A DNA stretch of 60,828 nucleotides, filler included. It is 4 parts of 4 records of this genome, joined end to end, with 100 filler letters (N's around TTAATTAATTAA, not from the genome) between each part and the next. Parts side by side here need not be neighbours in the genome. Positions count along the whole stretch, not along the records: positions 1 to 24,292 come from SRR20825006_525; 3 more parts are not named here. One strand, 5' to 3'. The notes below the pieces were generated by a model, which had not been told where the DNA came from, did not search any database, and was given only the letters and a program-made list of their open reading frames with translations. A program made the position numbers and the translations under genes. How positions within the stretch are numbered: the first letter of the stretch is position 1; the number at the start of each line of letters is the position of its first letter. Positions 10,162 through 19,034 of the stretch are shown in pieces.

Positions 10162-10833
10162 TTACTGACCGATAATCTTAATGCTGGCGCTGGCACCGAT
10201 GCGCGATGCCCCGGCTGCAATCATCTTGAATGCGTCTTCGGTGGTGCGAACCCCGCCCGACGCCTTGACCCCGATATCCGGGCCAACGGTTTTGCGCATC
10301 AGGGCGATGTCTTCGGCAGTGGCACCACCGCCGGCGAAACCGGTCGAGGTTTTGACGAAATCGGCACCGGCCTGTTTGGACAGTTCGCAGGCAAGGACTT
10401 TCTGTTCGTCTGTCAGCAATGCTGTTTCGATGATGACCTTGAGGGTGGCATCGCCACAGGCTTCTTTTACCGCGGCAATATCGGCGCGAACGGCATCGGT
10501 ATCGCCAGCCTTGAGCAGACCAAGTGCTATGACCATATCGACTTCGCGGGCACCCTGTTCAACCACCCAGCGGGTTTCGGAAACCTTGGCGGAAACCGGA
10601 TCGGCCCCGAACGGGAAACACACCACCGAGCATGCCAGAACATTGGTATCGGCCAGTTCGCGCACGACCAGCGGGATATAGATCGGATTGACACAGACTG
10701 CCTTGAAAGCGTGTTTTCGCGCATCGGCGCACAGCGAGACAATCTGATCGGGGGTGGCGTCCGCCGCCAGAAGGGTGTGATCAATATAAGCGGCAAGATC
10801 GCCTGCAACGGCGGGAAGTGGAGCATTCGACAT
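10162..10833 (-). CDS. deoC: Deoxyribose-phosphate aldolase
   Basis: [39 protein letters not shown]. Confidence 0.96.
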   Translation of the reverse strand: MSNAPLPAVAGDLAAYIDHTLLAADATPDQIVSLCADARKHAFKAVCVNPIYIPLVVRELADTNVLACSVVCFPFGADPVSAKVSETRWVVEQGAREVDMVIALGLLKAGDTDAVRADIAAVKEACGDATLKVIIETALLTDEQKVLACELSKQAGADFVKTSTGFAGGGATAEDIALMRKTVGPDIGVKASGGVRTTEDAFKMIAAGASRIGASASIKIIGQ

Positions 10834-10874
10834 GTAACGTTTCCCTCGACGATAACGGGTTGCTATCGCCGTTT

Positions 10875-10890
10875 TGTTAAAATTTTAACA
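10875..10890. promoter_or_regulatory. DeoR operator O1
   Basis: Perfect palindrome TGTTAAAATTTTAACA resembling the E. coli DeoR operator TGTTAGAATTCTAACA; lies between divergent deoC and deoR. Confidence 0.8.
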
Positions 10891-10906
10891 TTTATTGAAA
10901 TGATCC

Positions 10907-10922
10907 TGTCATCGGGTTAACA
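10907..10922. promoter_or_regulatory. Putative second DeoR operator O2
   Basis: TGTCATCGGGTTAACA fits TGT(T/C)A-N6-TAACA, 32 bp from O1; sits next to a minus-strand TTGACC -35-like element. Confidence 0.55.
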
Positions 10923-11092
10923 TCCGGTCAAGCCAAAAACATATCAGAACAGAACTTGATTGAGTTGCTGCCCGTCTCGCTATAATCAGGGGTTTTAGGA
11001 TGAAATTTATGGTTGTGCTGAGCGGTTGCCGACATCATTTCAGGTGTGTCTGTGGCCTGTCAGCCAGTATATCGGCAGTGAACGGAGTCTGA

Positions 11093-11851
11093 ATGTCGAT
11101 CAAATCGCAGGACCGGATAGAAGCCCTGACCCGCAATCTGGAGGTCAGCAATGTCATTCGGTTGAAGGATGCCGCCGATCTGCTGGGCGTTTCGGAAATG
11201 ACGGTCCGCCGTGATGTCGCCAATTGTGAAAATATTTTCACATATATGGGGGGGTACATCACGCTCAAGTCACCAGCAGCCGGTGGCCTTGGATACATCT
11301 TGGACCGTGAACGCGGTTCGCATACCGATCTCAAGCGCACAGCCTGTCAGATTGCCGCGCGTTATGTCAAACCGGGCGATACCATATTTCTTGATTGCGG
11401 GACGACCATTCCCTATCTCGCCAATGCGTTACCAGAAAATCGGGATATCACGGCGATCTGCTATTCGATCAATGTTGCCGAAATCCTGTGCAAAAAGCCG
11501 GGCCTTCGGGTCATCATGCTGGGCGGGATGTATCACGCGTCTTCGGCATCCTTTGCCGATAGCAACAGCGTGAATGCCATTCTGAACCTGAATATCAATA
11601 CCGCCTTCATGTCGGCGGGCGGGGTCAATATCAGCCGGGGTGTCAGTTGTTCCAACCCGCATGAGGTTGATATCAAACAGGCGGTTCTTGAGACCGCGGC
11701 CAACAAGATCCTTGTTGTCGATTCAACAAAGTTCAATGTCATCAAGCCCATGCTATTTGCCAAGCTGGAGCAGTTTGACATGATCTGTACAGACCCGAAA
11801 TGTGATCCGGAACTGGCAACCAGAACCGGTTGTCCCCTGATTACGCAATAG
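11093..11851 (+). CDS. deoR: DeoR-family transcriptional repressor
   Basis: HTH LGVSEMTVRRD; sensor-domain motifs IFLDCGTT and DSTKF; divergent from deoC. Confidence 0.88.
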   Translation: MSIKSQDRIEALTRNLEVSNVIRLKDAADLLGVSEMTVRRDVANCENIFTYMGGYITLKSPAAGGLGYILDRERGSHTDLKRTACQIAARYVKPGDTIFLDCGTTIPYLANALPENRDITAICYSINVAEILCKKPGLRVIMLGGMYHASSASFADSNSVNAILNLNINTAFMSAGGVNISRGVSCSNPHEVDIKQAVLETAANKILVVDSTKFNVIKPMLFAKLEQFDMICTDPKCDPELATRTGCPLITQ

Positions 11852-11869
11852 CGAAGGGCACAAAACGCT

Positions 11870-12628
11870 TTAGTTCGGTTCGGCCTGTGTTGCGTCGGCG
11901 ATTTCTGCGTTCAGCAATTGTATTTCCGCCTCGGTCGCACCGCTGAGCGGGTCGTCCTTTGGAATGTCACGGTAGAGATCGGTAAAGACATTCAGGGCCT
12001 GCTGATACTTGTCCTGCTGTTTGAGCATCATGCCATAGTAATAGCGGCTGAGCTGATGGTTTGGCATCTGGCCAAGCGCATGCAGGATCAGATCGCGGGA
12101 AACCTTGTCAATCTGGCCTTGTTGGGCGGTAATGCGTGTATCGGCATATTCGATAGCGAGTAACGGATTATGACCGGAAAGCGCATAGGCACGCGCAAAG
12201 GCGGCAACCGCCCGCTCGATATCGCCCAGACGCAATGACCCACGCGCCAGAACGATCCAGCCCTGCAAATTGCGGGGATTGGCTTCGAGCGACAGGACGA
12301 TCTGACTGAGCAGACGGCGGATCTGCTGATCAGTCTGAAAGTCTGGATCGGTCACATCGTTTGCCGCGGCCGCAGCGGCGGCAAGATTGCGTTCGCCCGC
12401 CCGTTCGGAATAGGGGCGCGACGGAATTTGTGGCATGCCGATCGCGCTATACAAAATAACTGCGGCAATCACGGGCAGGGTTGAAAATCCGATCCGCGCC
12501 ATAGGGCCAAAGGCGCGGCGGGCATCGGGTGTATTGTGGTTATCCACCCCCGCAGCACGACGCGGCAGGCTGGCATAGATTGCAAGCCCGCCAAACGCGG
12601 CAAGTATGACAAGGCCAAGCCAGATCAA
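11870..12628 (-). CDS. ccmI: CcmI/CycH-like TPR protein (short, divergent)
   Basis: Two TM helices, LY..IG.P..P, LEANP.NLQGWIVLAR TPR repeats; last gene of the ccm operon; TTG start. Confidence 0.7.
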   Translation of the reverse strand: MIWLGLVILAAFGGLAIYASLPRRAAGVDNHNTPDARRAFGPMARIGFSTLPVIAAVILYSAIGMPQIPSRPYSERAGERNLAAAAAAANDVTDPDFQTDQQIRRLLSQIVLSLEANPRNLQGWIVLARGSLRLGDIERAVAAFARAYALSGHNPLLAIEYADTRITAQQGQIDKVSRDLILHALGQMPNHQLSRYYYGMMLKQQDKYQQALNVFTDLYRDIPKDDPLSGATEAEIQLLNAEIADATQAEPN

Positions 12629-12680
12629 AAGGAACCTCGCGACGGGAGAATACTATATGCGGGGCGGCCAAACTGCATCG

Positions 12681-13172
12681 TTACGAGCGATCCTGTGACG
12701 TGCCAAGGATTTCATCAAGCCGCTTCTGTTCCTGATTGGAAAGCGATTTCGGGCCTGCACCGTCTTCGCGCTGTTTGCGGCGGTAAAAGGCGATCACCGC
12801 AATCAGGGCCAGAAACGCCAGAACGGCCGGGCTGATCCACAGGATGTAGGTTTCGGGTTTCAGCGGCGGGTTCAGCAGAACATAATCGCCATAGCGTTCG
12901 ACGATGTAATCAACGACTTCTTCGTTGCTGTCGCCAGCAACCAGACGTTCGCGCACCAGAATGCGCAGATCACGGGCCAGATCGGCATCGGAATCGTCAA
13001 TCGACTGGTTTTGACAGACCAGACAGCGCAAGCCCTGACTGATGTCGCGCGCGCGTTCTTCAAGCTTGGGATTGGTCAGCATCTCGTCGGGATTGACGGC
13101 AAAAGCCGGTGCCGTATGCAGGCCCAGCAGAATGACAAGGGCCGCGAACAGTGAACAATTTCGACGGATCAT
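12681..13172 (-). CDS. ccmH: Cytochrome c biogenesis protein CcmH/CycL
   Basis: LRCLVCQNQSIDDS; RYGDYVLLNPP. Confidence 0.95.
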   Translation of the reverse strand: MIRRNCSLFAALVILLGLHTAPAFAVNPDEMLTNPKLEERARDISQGLRCLVCQNQSIDDSDADLARDLRILVRERLVAGDSNEEVVDYIVERYGDYVLLNPPLKPETYILWISPAVLAFLALIAVIAFYRRKQREDGAGPKSLSNQEQKRLDEILGTSQDRS

Positions 13173-13705
13173 CCTTTTAACTCCGCAATCTTTGGCAGCA
13201 GGACTTCTTCAAGAACCTGATTTGAGATGGGCCCGACATGTTTGTACCGGATCTGACCGGTGCCATCGATAATAAAGGTTTCCGGCACGCCATAGACCCC
13301 GAAATCAATACCGGTCCGCCCGGATAAATCCATCCCGACCGCGGCATAGGGATCGCCAAGTTCATCCAGCCAGTTGACACCGTCCTGCGGGTCTTTTTCC
13401 TTGTAGTTCAGGCCATAAACCGGAACGTCAGCCTCACGCGCGAGGCGCTTGATGAGCGGATGTTCCGCACGACATGGAATGCACCAGCTGGCGAACACGT
13501 TCAGAACCGAAACCTCGCCCTTGGATATATCGGCGCGTGACAATCCGCGGTCACGGCCTGGCAATGGGGGCAACTGGAAATCGGGTGCCGGTTTACCCAG
13601 CAAGGCCGACGGCACAACAGATGTATCTTTACCAATATTCGTCAGAAAGACACCGGCAAGAGCAGCAAAGAGTACCAGCGGGATGACTGCGATCCAGAAT
13701 CTCAT
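13169..13705 (-). CDS. ccmG: Thiol:disulfide interchange protein CcmG/DsbE
   Basis: FASWCIPCRAEHP; GVYGVPETF. Confidence 0.95.
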   Translation of the reverse strand: MRFWIAVIPLVLFAALAGVFLTNIGKDTSVVPSALLGKPAPDFQLPPLPGRDRGLSRADISKGEVSVLNVFASWCIPCRAEHPLIKRLAREADVPVYGLNYKEKDPQDGVNWLDELGDPYAAVGMDLSGRTGIDFGVYGVPETFIIDGTGQIRYKHVGPISNQVLEEVLLPKIAELKG

Positions 13706-15768
13706 GAAGCGGGAACTCCGTTTTTCTTATAGCGCAGGATAATGCGCGTACAGATACTGATAGCACCGCCGATCAGCATCAGTAGCATTCCGCCCCAAAC
13801 CCAGGGCATCATTGGCAGGAACCGGACGGTTACGACACGCCCGCCATCTTCGGCCCGTTCGCCAACGGAAACATGCAAATCCCCATCGCGTCCATGCCAG
13901 ATATCGGCTTCCTTGGTTTCGATGCCGCGGATCGGATAATAGCGGACTTCGGGGAAGAGTTCGGCGACCGGCTGGGCGTTGCGATAGATGATGAAGGTCG
14001 CCTTGCGGGTGGCGAAGTTTTCACCGGGCAGCAGCGCCACACCTTCGTATTGCAGGTTATAGGGGCCGATCTGAATACTTTGTCCGGTGCGCGCCGAAAG
14101 TGATATCTGCTGTTCCCAGATGGCACTGGCCGATCCCCCGGCGATCAGGATGGCGATCCCGATATGGGCAAAGGTCATGCTGAGATAGCGGGGACCAAGA
14201 AGCTGGAGATTGCGGTATTTGCCTTCGCCGTGGTCGGGTTGACGCCACAGGCGTTCCCAAAGATCACCAAGGGCAGCGGTAAAGACCCAGGCCGCAAGAC
14301 CGATACCGAGCAACGGCAGCGGGGAGGCATCGATAAAGCGCATCCAGACAAACAGGATCACGATCAGCGACATCATGGCGGCCAGCTTCATCCGCCGCCC
14401 GATCTGCCATGTTTCGTCCTTGCGCCAGCGCAGCGTCGGGGCAAAGCCCATCAGAAACAGAAGCGGCAAACCGATAGGGATCAGGGCCTGAACAAAGAAC
14501 GGTGGGCCAACCGTTATGATATCGCCGCCCAGCCAGCGCAGGAACAGCGGATAAATGGTGCCGATCAGAACGGTGGCCGCCGCAACCGAGAGCATCACAC
14601 TGTTGAGGAACATGCCGCTTTCGCGCGATACCAGCGAGAAGTCCTTGTCATCGATCATGTCGGTCGCGCACCGCCAGAACATGAAATAGGCCCCGCCAAA
14701 CAGAACGCAGAAGGCAACCAGAAGGGCAACAGCGTCGCCGCTGCTGAGCAGGGCGGTTGGCAACGGACCCAATAGATCGGAGCGTACGAGGAATGTCCCG
14801 AACCAGCCGGCAGCAAAGGCCGACAGCGCCAAAAGAGCCGTCCAGGGTTTCAGGGTTTCGGTTTTTTCAAGAACGGCCCGACAATGCAGGAATGCCGTGG
14901 TCAACAGCCAGGGTAGCAATAATGCATTTTCGGATGTATCCCAGTACCACCAGTTGCCCCATGCCTGTTCGGTATAAGCACGGTAGGCGTTGATGGCGAT
15001 GGCACCGCCCAGCAATGTCCAGGAAATCATCGTCCACGGGCGCAGTTGTTCCGACCATGCACGGTCAAGCTTCGCACCCGGCAGTGCGGCAAAGGTTACC
15101 GCGAAAATCACCGATAATCCGGCAAGACCGGCATACAGGATCGGCCCGCGTGCCATACCGGCAAGGTCCTGCAATTCCGGATCAAGACCATTGCCGTCAA
15201 GCGGTGCGATGCCCGACCGGATAAACGGATCGGCGTCAATGATTGTTACCGCCGCCAGAAGGGCGACAATGATGCCAAGGATACCAAGGGCGACACGATC
15301 CTGTTCGGTAACGCCGCGCGCAATGCTTTGCAGGGCGTATATCAGTGTCGCCAGCGTGCTGGTCGCGACCCAGAACAGCATGGCGCCGCTATCGGAGATG
15401 ACGGAGGCACCGATACGGTAAATCATCGGGGTAGATGAATGACTGTAATCGGCGACCACGGGCAGGGTAAAATCACTGACAATAAAGGAATGTATCAGGG
15501 CGGCTTCGGCAATGATTGCCAGAACGCACATGGCAAAGGGCAGGGGCCAGACACCGAAACCGACATTTTCGGAAGTCCGGATATTGCCGGTCAGTCCATC
15601 TGGCAAGGTTCCGCCAGCAATTGCCGGTGTCATTGTCGTTGTCGGGGCCGTTGTCGGGCCGAGCGCGCGATAGCTTGCGCGAAACAGGGCCGGACAGAAC
15701 AGGACGGCCTGACAGGTTCCCAATGCAAGAATCAGGATAAGGGCAAAATGTCCAAACTCTGCGATCAT
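13702..15768 (-). CDS. ccmF: CcmF-family heme lyase, divergent
   Basis: MIAEFGH start, WWD-like WGNWWYWDTSEN, GTFLVRS, GTIYPL, VGPPFF; periplasmic His motifs are altered. Confidence 0.85.
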   Translation of the reverse strand: MIAEFGHFALILILALGTCQAVLFCPALFRASYRALGPTTAPTTTMTPAIAGGTLPDGLTGNIRTSENVGFGVWPLPFAMCVLAIIAEAALIHSFIVSDFTLPVVADYSHSSTPMIYRIGASVISDSGAMLFWVATSTLATLIYALQSIARGVTEQDRVALGILGIIVALLAAVTIIDADPFIRSGIAPLDGNGLDPELQDLAGMARGPILYAGLAGLSVIFAVTFAALPGAKLDRAWSEQLRPWTMISWTLLGGAIAINAYRAYTEQAWGNWWYWDTSENALLLPWLLTTAFLHCRAVLEKTETLKPWTALLALSAFAAGWFGTFLVRSDLLGPLPTALLSSGDAVALLVAFCVLFGGAYFMFWRCATDMIDDKDFSLVSRESGMFLNSVMLSVAAATVLIGTIYPLFLRWLGGDIITVGPPFFVQALIPIGLPLLFLMGFAPTLRWRKDETWQIGRRMKLAAMMSLIVILFVWMRFIDASPLPLLGIGLAAWVFTAALGDLWERLWRQPDHGEGKYRNLQLLGPRYLSMTFAHIGIAILIAGGSASAIWEQQISLSARTGQSIQIGPYNLQYEGVALLPGENFATRKATFIIYRNAQPVAELFPEVRYYPIRGIETKEADIWHGRDGDLHVSVGERAEDGGRVVTVRFLPMMPWVWGGMLLMLIGGAISICTRIILRYKKNGVPAS

Positions 15769-15909
15769 GCGTTCTTCAGATTTCCCCGATATGTGGTGTT
15801 CACCAAACGAACACCACTCAGCCCCTGCTGTCAAACAGCAAGGCATCCACCCAGTTTAATGCCGCTTTGATGGCTTCAATATGAGGTTTTTATGATGGCA
15901 GAATGTGGC

Positions 15910-16398
15910 TTAATTACGCATCTCTTCGGCGTTGCGGGCTTCGATTTCTTCCCAATAACCGCTTTTTTTCAATGAGTCAGCGACCTCGGGCGGCATGTAG
16001 TTTTCATCATGCTTGGCCAGAACTTCGGATGCGATGAACTGGCCCTCGGAACCCATATGGCCCTCGGCGACGACGCCTTGGCCTTCGCGGAACAGGTCGG
16101 GAAGGATGCCGGTATAGGAAATGGTGACCGCATTTGCCATGTCGGTGACGATAAAGGTGACGGTTTCACCGCCGCCGAGTTTTTTAAGCGATCCTTCTTC
16201 GACGAGGCCGCCGACGCGCAGGCGCTGATCGGGATCAATCGGCGATTTTTCGGCGATTTCGGTCGGGCTGAAGAAGAACACAACCGAATCTTCAAATGCC
16301 GTAAGGGCCAAGGCAGCCGCCGCCCCGACCGCCAGAAGGGCAGCCATGACGATATACATGCGTTGACGTTTGCGGGATTTGGCACGCGAAAGAGACAC
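15910..16398 (-). CDS. ccmE: Heme chaperone CcmE
   Basis: LPDLFREGQGVV; LAKHDENYMPPEV. Confidence 0.96.
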   Translation of the reverse strand: MSLSRAKSRKRQRMYIVMAALLAVGAAAALALTAFEDSVVFFFSPTEIAEKSPIDPDQRLRVGGLVEEGSLKKLGGGETVTFIVTDMANAVTISYTGILPDLFREGQGVVAEGHMGSEGQFIASEVLAKHDENYMPPEVADSLKKSGYWEEIEARNAEEMRN

Positions 16399-16429
16399 TT
16401 TGATATTCTCCGCTCAGGAAGGCTTGGGC

Positions 16430-16633
16430 TCAGGAAGTCGGGGACTGGTCTGTTGTGCGGGCACGTCTGGGACGGCGGGCTTTCAGAACAGTTTCAAGCT
16501 GATCAAGTTCGGTCTGGCTCTGACGAAGGCCACGCAGGGTCATGATCAGAAGAATGATCATCGCAAGGGCTGCGATACCGTAACTGGCCCAGATATAGCT
16601 GCCATAGCCGCCCATTGAGAAGAATTCGTTCAT
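16430..16633 (-). CDS. ccmD: Heme exporter protein CcmD
   Basis: FFSMGGYGSYIWASYG, one TM helix and a basic tail; between ccmC and ccmE. Confidence 0.9.
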   Translation of the reverse strand: MNEFFSMGGYGSYIWASYGIAALAMIILLIMTLRGLRQSQTELDQLETVLKARRPRRARTTDQSPTS

Positions 16634-17421
16634 TTGCTGGCTCCGGCGTTGTGACCCTGATCATAGGCGAGTTCGTCATGATCGCCGCTGGCAACGGGGC
16701 GTTCGTCAAACAGGCCGCTGAGTTGAAGCGCACGGATGCGCCGCTGGTTGAGTTCAAGGCGAACGCGCAGCACCAGAACGATGAAATAATAACCGGTGAA
16801 GGCAAAGGCCATGATCAGAAGCGGGGCCAGCATGCTGGGATCGATGCTGGGCCCGCCCATACGGGCAACCGATGCCGGTTGATGCAGGGTATTCCACCAG
16901 TCGACGGAAAATTTGACGATCGGCACATTGATCGCGCCGACCAGTGCCAGGGCCGATCCGGCCTTTGATCCGCGTTCGGGATCGTCAAAGGCATTCACAA
17001 GCGCGATATAGCCAAGATAGAGGAACAGCAGGATCAGCATTGATGTCAGACGCGCATCCCACACCCACCATGTTCCCCACATCGGTTCGCCCCAAAGCGA
17101 CCCGGTAACAAGCGTAAGGGCGGTGAATGTTGCGCCAACCGGTGCGGTGGCGCGCGCGCAGATATCGGCAAGCGGATGTTTCCAGATCAGGCTCATGGCC
17201 CCGCAAAGAGCCATGCCGACATAACAGAACAGGCCCATCCATGCCGCGGGCACGTGGATATACATGATGCGGACGGTGTTGCCCTGCTGATAGTCAACCG
17301 GCGATCCGATCAGGGCCAGATAAAGCCCGGCGGCGGTCAGAATGACGGTCAGCGCGACCACCCAGGGCATCATGGCCCCGGTCAGTTTCAGAAACACGCT
17401 TGGTTTGGCGAAACGATGCAT
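16630..17421 (-). CDS. ccmC: Heme exporter protein CcmC
   Basis: IMYIHVPAAW, WGEPMWGTWWVWDARLT, WWNTLHQ. Confidence 0.96.
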   Translation of the reverse strand: MHRFAKPSVFLKLTGAMMPWVVALTVILTAAGLYLALIGSPVDYQQGNTVRIMYIHVPAAWMGLFCYVGMALCGAMSLIWKHPLADICARATAPVGATFTALTLVTGSLWGEPMWGTWWVWDARLTSMLILLFLYLGYIALVNAFDDPERGSKAGSALALVGAINVPIVKFSVDWWNTLHQPASVARMGGPSIDPSMLAPLLIMAFAFTGYYFIVLVLRVRLELNQRRIRALQLSGLFDERPVASGDHDELAYDQGHNAGASK

Positions 17422-17470
17422 TTTCTCTCGTCCGTTTGCGGCGATGCCGCCGAAGGTCGTCTGTTATAAG

Positions 17471-18136
17471 TTATTCCACGGCCTGCCGGATGGCGTGGGC
17501 CGTGGCAAACGGGGCGGCAGCCAAAGACAGTAACAGGATCGCCCCCATGATCTGTAACTGTGCCTGGGCGGAAATGCCAAGCAATGCGGCCTCGACCGCA
17601 CCGGCACCGAAAATCAGTACCGGTATATATAGTGGCAGGACCAGCAATGACACCAGCACACCGCCGCGTCGTGCCCCCAAAATCAGTGCCGCACCAATCG
17701 CCCCGATCAGGCTGAGTGCCGGTGTGCCGATCAGCATGGCGATCATCAGGGTGCCAAAGCCATCCTGATCCATATTGAGCATCACGGCCATCACGGGTGC
17801 CGCAATAATCAGCGGCAGGCCGGTCGTCAGCCAATGGGCGCACACCTTGCCCAGAACCAGCAATTCCAGCGGTGCAGGCGACAGGGTCAGCAATTCCAGC
17901 GTGCCATCCTCGTAATCGGTCTGAAAGACACGTTCGAGTGACAGCATGGCCGCCAGCAGGGCCGAGACCCAGATCACACCCGATGCAATGCGCGCCAGAA
18001 TATTGGCTTCGGGGCCGACACCAAACGGAAACAGGGTGGTGGTTACGATAAAGAAGGCAACCACCATCACGGAATCCGCGCCCTGACGCAGGGCCAATCG
18101 CAAATCACGACGCAGGATGGCGACAAAGGCATTCAT
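17471..18136 (-). CDS. ccmB: Heme exporter permease CcmB
   Basis: FQTDYEDGTLE; LVLPLYIPVLIFG. Confidence 0.95.
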   Translation of the reverse strand: MNAFVAILRRDLRLALRQGADSVMVVAFFIVTTTLFPFGVGPEANILARIASGVIWVSALLAAMLSLERVFQTDYEDGTLELLTLSPAPLELLVLGKVCAHWLTTGLPLIIAAPVMAVMLNMDQDGFGTLMIAMLIGTPALSLIGAIGAALILGARRGGVLVSLLVLPLYIPVLIFGAGAVEAALLGISAQAQLQIMGAILLLSLAAAPFATAHAIRQAVE

Positions 18137-18855
18137 ATCGCGGCCTCCGTCGTTCTGCCTTGATCCATGTCGAGTGAGAGATGCTGGTTGGCATCTTCAT
18201 CATCATGTTCGATCAGCCATTCCATCATCGGGATGGCAAACGGATCAAGATCAAGGATGATCGGTGCCGCGATATCCAGATCGACATGGGTGGAATAAAT
18301 CACGATGCCGCCTTTGGCCCGGAATTCGGCGATCAGACGCGCCAGTTCGGCACAGCTTTCGCGATCAAGGCCAACGGTCGGCTCATCGAGCAGCCAAAGG
18401 TCGCTTTGACCCAGCAGGATACGGGCAAGGGCGGTGCGGCGTTTTTGACCACTTGAAAGATATCGCCCGGCGGTTTTGCCAAGATGATGAATATCAAGGG
18501 CGCGAAGCGCCTGATCGATTTCGGCATCAATATCGGAAATACCGCGCAGTTCGGCCCACAGGCGCAGATTATCGCGAACGGTCAGGACCGGTTTGATCGC
18601 GTCCTGATGACCAAGGTAATGCAGGCGCGCGCGATGGCCGATTTTATCATCGTCGATATCGTCACCCTGCCAGCGGATGGTGCCGCGGCGCGGGGCCATG
18701 AGGCCCGCCATCAGGCGCAAAAGGCTTGATTTTCCTGCACCATTGCGACCGCGCAGCATCACGGCATCGCCGGTATTGGCGCTAAAGGAAAGATCGCCAA
18801 AGACCAGACGTTCGCCACGCAGACAGGTCAGATCAGAACCGGTAAAAACTGTCAT
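18133..18855 (-). CDS. ccmA: Heme exporter ATPase CcmA
   Basis: GRNGAGKSS, YLGHQDAIK, LSSGQKRR, LWLLDEP. Confidence 0.95.
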   Translation of the reverse strand: MTVFTGSDLTCLRGERLVFGDLSFSANTGDAVMLRGRNGAGKSSLLRLMAGLMAPRRGTIRWQGDDIDDDKIGHRARLHYLGHQDAIKPVLTVRDNLRLWAELRGISDIDAEIDQALRALDIHHLGKTAGRYLSSGQKRRTALARILLGQSDLWLLDEPTVGLDRESCAELARLIAEFRAKGGIVIYSTHVDLDIAAPIILDLDPFAIPMMEWLIEHDDEDANQHLSLDMDQGRTTEAAI

Positions 18856-18954
18856 CTAACTCGTTTGACTGTCGGAATTCATGCCGGATGCGCTTTTTCT
18901 ATACCGCGCCCGACGTTATTAATCATGCTTTATCCGACATTGGATGTGATGACA

Positions 18955-18968
18955 TTGTTTCAAATCAA
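18955..18968 (-). promoter_or_regulatory. FNR/FixK-like box upstream of ccmA
   Basis: TTGAT-TTGA-AACAA on the minus strand, one mismatch to TTGAT-N4-ATCAA, about 100 nt upstream of ccmA. Confidence 0.45.
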
Positions 18969-19034
18969 TCCAAAAAGACGTGAAACGCCGCAGCGATCAA
19001 AAATCGGCTGCGGCGCGGGCAAAGCGATAGCAGA

